From Candidatus Hodarchaeota archaeon (GTDB taxonomy: Archaea > Asgardarchaeota > Lokiarchaeia > Sigyniarchaeales > SOKP01), in contig JBHLJY010000002.1 of assembly GCA_048887225.1 (NCBI GenBank), positions 96,001-160,000 of the forward strand: a DNA stretch of 64,000 nucleotides, given 5' to 3'. The translations under genes and the position numbers were made by a program. The notes below the pieces were generated by a model. It saw only the letters and a list, made by a program, of their open reading frames with translations. It did no database searches and was not told the origin of the DNA. Below are positions 59,220-64,000 of this stretch, piece after piece. The stretch's first letter is position 1. Each line of letters begins with the position of its first letter.

Positions 59220-59606
59220 ATGTCAGAAAGTAGCCAAAGCGTCGTAAAAGTTATAAGATGTATTATTTGTCCAACTGGTTGTGCAATTCAAGCAGTTGGC
59301 GACGGTAAAGGAAACGTTACTTTTGATGGATACACCTGCAAAAGAGGGTTGGAATATGCTGAACAAGAATATTACGAACCCAAAAGAATTCTTACAACTA
59401 CTATGCGCGTAGAGAATGGATTATTACCCTTGATTCCTGTAAGAACAAACGAGCCAATTCCTAAAGATAAGCTTAAAGATGTTTTAAAAGAAATTGCTAA
59501 AAAAATTCTTAAGCCTCCGATTAAAATGGGTGATATCTTAATTGAAAATGTGTTAGGTTTAGATGCCAATATAATAGCTAGTCGAGACCTAATTAAAAAC
59601 TCATAA
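59220..59606 (+). CDS. DUF1667 family Cys-rich protein
   Basis: CIICPTGC..C.RG; third gene of this conserved triplet. Confidence 0.88.
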   Translation: MSESSQSVVKVIRCIICPTGCAIQAVGDGKGNVTFDGYTCKRGLEYAEQEYYEPKRILTTTMRVENGLLPLIPVRTNEPIPKDKLKDVLKEIAKKILKPPIKMGDILIENVLGLDANIIASRDLIKNS

Positions 59607-59727
59607 TTTTGATATACTTATTTTAAAATCTCTCCCTTTGAATAATTCAAAATTATGTTATTCTTTAATTAATTATAAATATTCTAAAAAATAATTCTAT
59701 CTTTTTTATTGAACTAAGATAATTAGG

Positions 59728-61107
59728 ATGTTCCAAATGAATAAAAGTGAAGTTTTAACATATTTGGAAGAAATCGTAGGCAAGGATTATGTTTCCAATA
59801 AACCCGAAGATTTATTTATATATTCACAGGATCCTGGAGCTTCTTTACCTCGCCCAGCTGATTTTGTAGTCTTGCCTAAGACAGTTGAAGAAATCCAAAG
59901 AATCGTGATATTGGCAAATAAGGAAAAAATTCCTATAGTACCCATGGGTGGTGGATTGACCCTTAGCGGATTAATAATCCCTGTTAGAGGGGGAATTGTT
60001 TTAGATATGAAAAGAATGGATCAAATTCTCGAAATAAATGAATTAAGTCGTTATGCTCTTATAGAAGCTGGTGTTACAACGGGAAAATTACTTTCCCATT
60101 TAAATGAAAATCATCCAGACTTACAGCCTCCAGTCCCAGATGCTCCACCCTCTGCAACAGTTGCTGGAAACGTGCTAATTCATGGTTCAGGTTATTTATC
60201 TCAAAGATATGGAGATCATGGAGCCATGATTAATGGGCTTGAAGTCGTTTTGCCAAACGGAGAAATATGTAGATTAGGATCGTGCGCTGTTTCCAATTTT
60301 TGGTTTGGTAGAGGGCCTATCCCTGATTTTATTGGATTATTTATAAGTTCGTTTGGCACGATGGGAATAATTACGAAACTTTCAATCCAATTGTTTCCAA
60401 AACCAAAAAAGAGAGATATAATCTTTGGGCTTATGAAAGATCCAAAAAATATACCGCATTTATTGCTAAAAATTACCTCAACGGGATTAGCTGAAGACGT
60501 TTTACTTGGAATGCAAGATAAACCTGAATGGATGAAAGGTTATATTTTTATTATGACTTATATTACAGGAGATTCTCAGGAAGATATAGAACACCAAATA
60601 AAAATTTTTAAGCGCTTATATCGTAATGCAAAAGCTAGATATATGAAAGCCCCTCAAAAGATGGTAAATCTTTATTTAGAAAAACCAATATTTGCTTCAG
60701 GTGCGGCTGATTATAGAAAAGGAGGAGGATTTGAATATGTTGGAGCATTTATGCCTTTAGAAAAGATACCAGAAGCTTACGAAAGAGGAGCAGAACTTTC
60801 AAGAAAATTTGGTATTCCTCCAACATTAGGTTCTCGTTTGATGGGAGGAACTCATACCATTATAATGTTCTTCTCCTATTCTTTCAATAGAGCAGATCCA
60901 GCCGACATGGAAAATGCGAGAAATGCACTTGAAGAAACGAATAAATTAGCTTTAGAATTAGGAGGTATTCCATGGAAGGCGGAATTAACTGGTCAAAGAT
61001 TAATTCTAGAAAAAATGGATCCTAATTATAAGAAGCTAATGAAAATAATTCGGAGTACTCTAGATCCTAATGGAATTATGAATCCAGGAAATTGGGAGGT
61101 GGATTAA
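59728..61107 (+). CDS. FAD-binding oxidoreductase (GlcD/D-lactate dehydrogenase-like)
   Basis: GGGLTLSG, EAGVT, GLEVVLPNG, GTMGIITK, DPNGIMNPG. Confidence 0.9.
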   Translation: MFQMNKSEVLTYLEEIVGKDYVSNKPEDLFIYSQDPGASLPRPADFVVLPKTVEEIQRIVILANKEKIPIVPMGGGLTLSGLIIPVRGGIVLDMKRMDQILEINELSRYALIEAGVTTGKLLSHLNENHPDLQPPVPDAPPSATVAGNVLIHGSGYLSQRYGDHGAMINGLEVVLPNGEICRLGSCAVSNFWFGRGPIPDFIGLFISSFGTMGIITKLSIQLFPKPKKRDIIFGLMKDPKNIPHLLLKITSTGLAEDVLLGMQDKPEWMKGYIFIMTYITGDSQEDIEHQIKIFKRLYRNAKARYMKAPQKMVNLYLEKPIFASGAADYRKGGGFEYVGAFMPLEKIPEAYERGAELSRKFGIPPTLGSRLMGGTHTIIMFFSYSFNRADPADMENARNALEETNKLALELGGIPWKAELTGQRLILEKMDPNYKKLMKIIRSTLDPNGIMNPGNWEVD

Positions 61108-61109
61108 AA

Positions 61110-62282
61110 TTGACTATAGAAGCTGAACAAGATTGGAAAGATATAATACATAGATGTTTTCGATGTGGATATTGTAAATTTACTTATGATTTTACTAACT
61201 TAAATTGTCCTAGTTATAAAAAGCACCGATTTGAGACATATAGTACGGGTGGAAGAATGTGGCTTATATATGCTATTATTAATGGAGATCTCCAATGGAG
61301 TGAAAATTTAGCTAATGTTTTATACTCGTGTTCTACTTGTGGAAATTGTATGGAAAATTGTAGGTTTGATAAATTTAATCATTTTCTCGTAGATTTTATT
61401 GAAGCAGCGCGCGCAGAAGCCATTAAAAATGGCTATTGTCCTGAGAGGCAAAAAGTTATAGTAGATCGAGCCACAAATCCAGAATTCTGGAATCCTTATG
61501 GTGAGCTCAACTCCGATAATGAGGTATTAAAAAGAGAATACAATTTGACAGATGAAGCAGAATGGGTTTATTTTATAGGATGTACCTCAAATTATCGTCA
61601 AAAACAAATTAGAGATGCTACCTTAAGATTATTAAAAAAAACAGAGATAGATTTTACCTTAATTGATGAACATTGCTGTACAAGTCCAATTCTAAGAATA
61701 GGTAATATAGATGTGGGTCCTGATTTTATGAATTATAACATTACGAAAATAAATAATTCTGGTGCTTCTAAAGTCGTAACCTCCTGTGCTGGGTGCTATA
61801 GAACGATGAAAAAAGATTATGAGAAATATGGAGCAGATATAGGATTCGAAATCTATCACACTGGAGAATTAATAAATAAATTATTGGATGAGGGAAAAAT
61901 CAAAATTAAGTCAAAATATGAAAAAATAATTACTTATCACGACCCTTGTCACCTTGGAAGACATATGGAGATGTACGAAATTCCCCGAGAAATTTTAAAA
62001 AAAATTCCTGGAATTAAGTTTGTCGAAATGAAGAGAATTAGAAATAATGCCTGGTGTTGTGGTGCAGGTGGTGGTGTTAAAATTGGTTATCCAAATTGGG
62101 CATTAGAAATTTCAAAAGAGAGACTAGAGGAAGCTAAAAAAACAGGTGCAACAGTTCTAACATCAATGTGTCCATTTTGTAAAACAAATCTTAATGAGGC
62201 AAATAAAAAATTTAACATTGGATTTGAAGTAATTGATATAATAGAACTATTAAATCAGTTAGATATTGAAATTAATGAATAA
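61110..62282 (+). CDS. Fe-S protein with CCG domains (GlcF/HdrD-like)
   Basis: CFRCGYC, CSTCGNC, YHDPCHLGR, CCGAGGG; TTG start after GGAGG. Confidence 0.9.
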   Translation: MTIEAEQDWKDIIHRCFRCGYCKFTYDFTNLNCPSYKKHRFETYSTGGRMWLIYAIINGDLQWSENLANVLYSCSTCGNCMENCRFDKFNHFLVDFIEAARAEAIKNGYCPERQKVIVDRATNPEFWNPYGELNSDNEVLKREYNLTDEAEWVYFIGCTSNYRQKQIRDATLRLLKKTEIDFTLIDEHCCTSPILRIGNIDVGPDFMNYNITKINNSGASKVVTSCAGCYRTMKKDYEKYGADIGFEIYHTGELINKLLDEGKIKIKSKYEKIITYHDPCHLGRHMEMYEIPREILKKIPGIKFVEMKRIRNNAWCCGAGGGVKIGYPNWALEISKERLEEAKKTGATVLTSMCPFCKTNLNEANKKFNIGFEVIDIIELLNQLDIEINE

Positions 62283-62297
62283 TATAAAAAAAACCTT

Positions 62298-63314
62298 TTA
62301 ATAATCTAATTTTTCTCCTAGAGCAAACCTAGCTAAATCACTTAGTAAATATGATTTCAATCCATTTCTTTCGACTTTCGAACCCATAGTCTCCTTACAC
62401 ATAGGACAATTAAAAACACAGACTTCAGCCCTATACTCCATCATATCGTTGATATTTTTATTCAGAGTTTCTCTTACTAATTTTTTCCTGCCAAGCATAG
62501 CAAACGGGGCAGCACAACATAATCCATTTTCTCTATCATATTTCCTTGGTACTCTCTCTAATCCAATCAAATCGCAAATCTTATCTACCCATTTATCTGT
62601 TTCAGGTATAAATCTGTTGGAGCAGTTTCGCTGATAAGCAATTTTCATGTTAAGTTTTTTAATGTCTGACTCATGTTCTTTTAAGTAATTGTAAATATAA
62701 TCAAAGAGATGAATAGGTTTAAATGGGACTTCAATATTATTTCTTGGACAATAAGAAGCATAAAATCCATAACACTCATCATGCCAACAAATCAATTCTT
62801 TAATTCCATGTTTCTTTATGTTTTCGATAATGATCGGTGCTCTTTCTCTTATAATAGAATCTCTTGCTGCATGATGATACATTAAATTACAGAAAAAATC
62901 AAGTCCACTTACATATTGTAAATTCTCGAACATTGGACCTTGCATTTCTTTAACATTTAACTTCGAAAAAGTACACTTATTTAATACAGGTTTTTCTGAA
63001 TCAATTTCCTTCATTCTAATTTCGTCATGAGGTTTATATCGATTGATTATAGTTTCCCGAATACTAGGATTGATGTTGAACGAGTTATATTTTTCTTGTA
63101 ATTCTGTCTTTAAATCGAAAGGATGAGATTTATAAGGGCAATATTCATCGCAAGAGAAGCAAGTTACACATTCACTTAAAACGCGTGAATCTTCGCCATT
63201 AATCATTTTCATCTGTTCTGCTCTTGCATCCTCTACACTTTCAAATTTTATCCACTGACAACGCGTCAGACAATCGATATTTTCACATTCTGAACAATGA
63301 GACTTATCAAACAT
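62298..63314 (-). CDS. Fe-S protein with ferredoxin and CCG-like domain
   Basis: CVTCFSCDEYCP, YQRNC, CCAAP, CPMC. Confidence 0.82.
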   Translation of the reverse strand: MFDKSHCSECENIDCLTRCQWIKFESVEDARAEQMKMINGEDSRVLSECVTCFSCDEYCPYKSHPFDLKTELQEKYNSFNINPSIRETIINRYKPHDEIRMKEIDSEKPVLNKCTFSKLNVKEMQGPMFENLQYVSGLDFFCNLMYHHAARDSIIRERAPIIIENIKKHGIKELICWHDECYGFYASYCPRNNIEVPFKPIHLFDYIYNYLKEHESDIKKLNMKIAYQRNCSNRFIPETDKWVDKICDLIGLERVPRKYDRENGLCCAAPFAMLGRKKLVRETLNKNINDMMEYRAEVCVFNCPMCKETMGSKVERNGLKSYLLSDLARFALGEKLDY

Positions 63315-63512
63315 ATATTACATCTTTTCTTAATTTTTTAAGATAAAAAATCGCTAAATATTATTGAATTTGAGTTATATAAGGTTTTTATAATTTTAGA
63401 AAATTATTAATTTTTTTATTATATTGCTAATTTTTAGATACTATTTTTCATTTCTAAAAAATAATACTCGTAGAACTAAACTAATTTATCTTGTCCTTTC
63501 AAGTTTATAATT

Positions 63513-63968
63513 ATGCCAGATATGGATGACATTTATAAAGTTCACGAAAACTTATATATTGGAGCATATTGGCCAAGAATCAACTTTGAAAAACTTAAAA
63601 AAGAAGGGATCACGGCAATCGTAAATTTAATGGAAGAAAATCACTACGATCCCAGAGATCTAGGATTTGATTATTTACATCGAGGATTTCCTGACGATTG
63701 GTACGTGCCCCATAGCTTTCTAAAAGATATTTTGGATTTTATTGATATTCATACAAGGAAGGGAAAAGTTTTAGTACATTGTGCTATGGGAATTTCAAGA
63801 AGCGGCGGAATTATTGTAGCATGGTTGCTTAAAGAAAATCCAGATTGGAGCTGGAGTGATGCTATGGATTACGTCGGAAGATCTCGGTTAATCTTTCCAG
63901 CAGTTGAGATTAGAGAATCAGTGTTAGATTATTTTGAATCGTTTGAAGGACGAAGAAGAGAATATTAA
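63513..63968 (+). CDS. Dual-specificity protein phosphatase
   Basis: VHCAMGISRS (CX5R). Confidence 0.93.
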   Translation: MPDMDDIYKVHENLYIGAYWPRINFEKLKKEGITAIVNLMEENHYDPRDLGFDYLHRGFPDDWYVPHSFLKDILDFIDIHTRKGKVLVHCAMGISRSGGIIVAWLLKENPDWSWSDAMDYVGRSRLIFPAVEIRESVLDYFESFEGRRREY

Positions 63969-64000
63969 AATCTTTTTCGTTATAATAAGAAATTCAAAAA

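Noticed and set aside
158-62634. Short antisense or overlapping ORFs in the track (e.g. 158-346, 550-792, 5370-5654, 7207-7512, 38682-39116, 51032-51325)
   Set aside because: These are shadows of well-supported genes, with no motifs of their own.
1-64000. tRNA/rRNA genes, transposase, integrase or reverse transcriptase
   Set aside because: None recognisable by eye. A tRNAscan-SE, Rfam and HMM run would confirm.

Overview
Very AT-rich archaeal chromosome segment, almost certainly from an Asgard archaeon of the Lokiarchaeia type. The assignment rests on a Rab-like small GTPase, two roadblock/LC7 proteins, a gelsolin-like protein, a HEAT-LRR protein, Fae-Hps, and archaeal r-protein/RNAP/KEOPS genes. 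From about 17.4 kb to 64 kb it is mostly core and metabolic genes: rpo7-spt4-DUF359-rps24e-rps27ae-kae1-bud32, rps28e/rpl7ae/rpo10/rpl24e/rps6e, fae-hps, proS, tfb, a Glp-like cluster and a GlcD/GlcF-like cluster. The first ~17 kb is an accessory region with unusual architecture. It holds ten intergenic copies of a 28-bp 11-6-11 palindrome (consensus ATyATATATyT-[AGTTCA or GTTCTA]-AGATATAwGAT) that cut the region into 1-6-gene modules. Flanking sequences swap partners at these sites. The region also has six copies of a reusable promoter module (BRE/TATA, operator palindrome CCATAAATTTATGG, RBS), four paralogous 4-TM genes, a compositionally distinct surface protein bracketed by two direct sites, and gene debris. 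My best reading is a site-specific-recombination cassette array that is neither a canonical integron nor a dif array. No recombinase is encoded in the window, so this remains an inference. Three genes missed by the ORF track were found by hand: a partial gene at 1-270, a tautomerase with an ATA start, and rps28e with a probable CTG start. No tRNA, rRNA or CRISPR array was seen.
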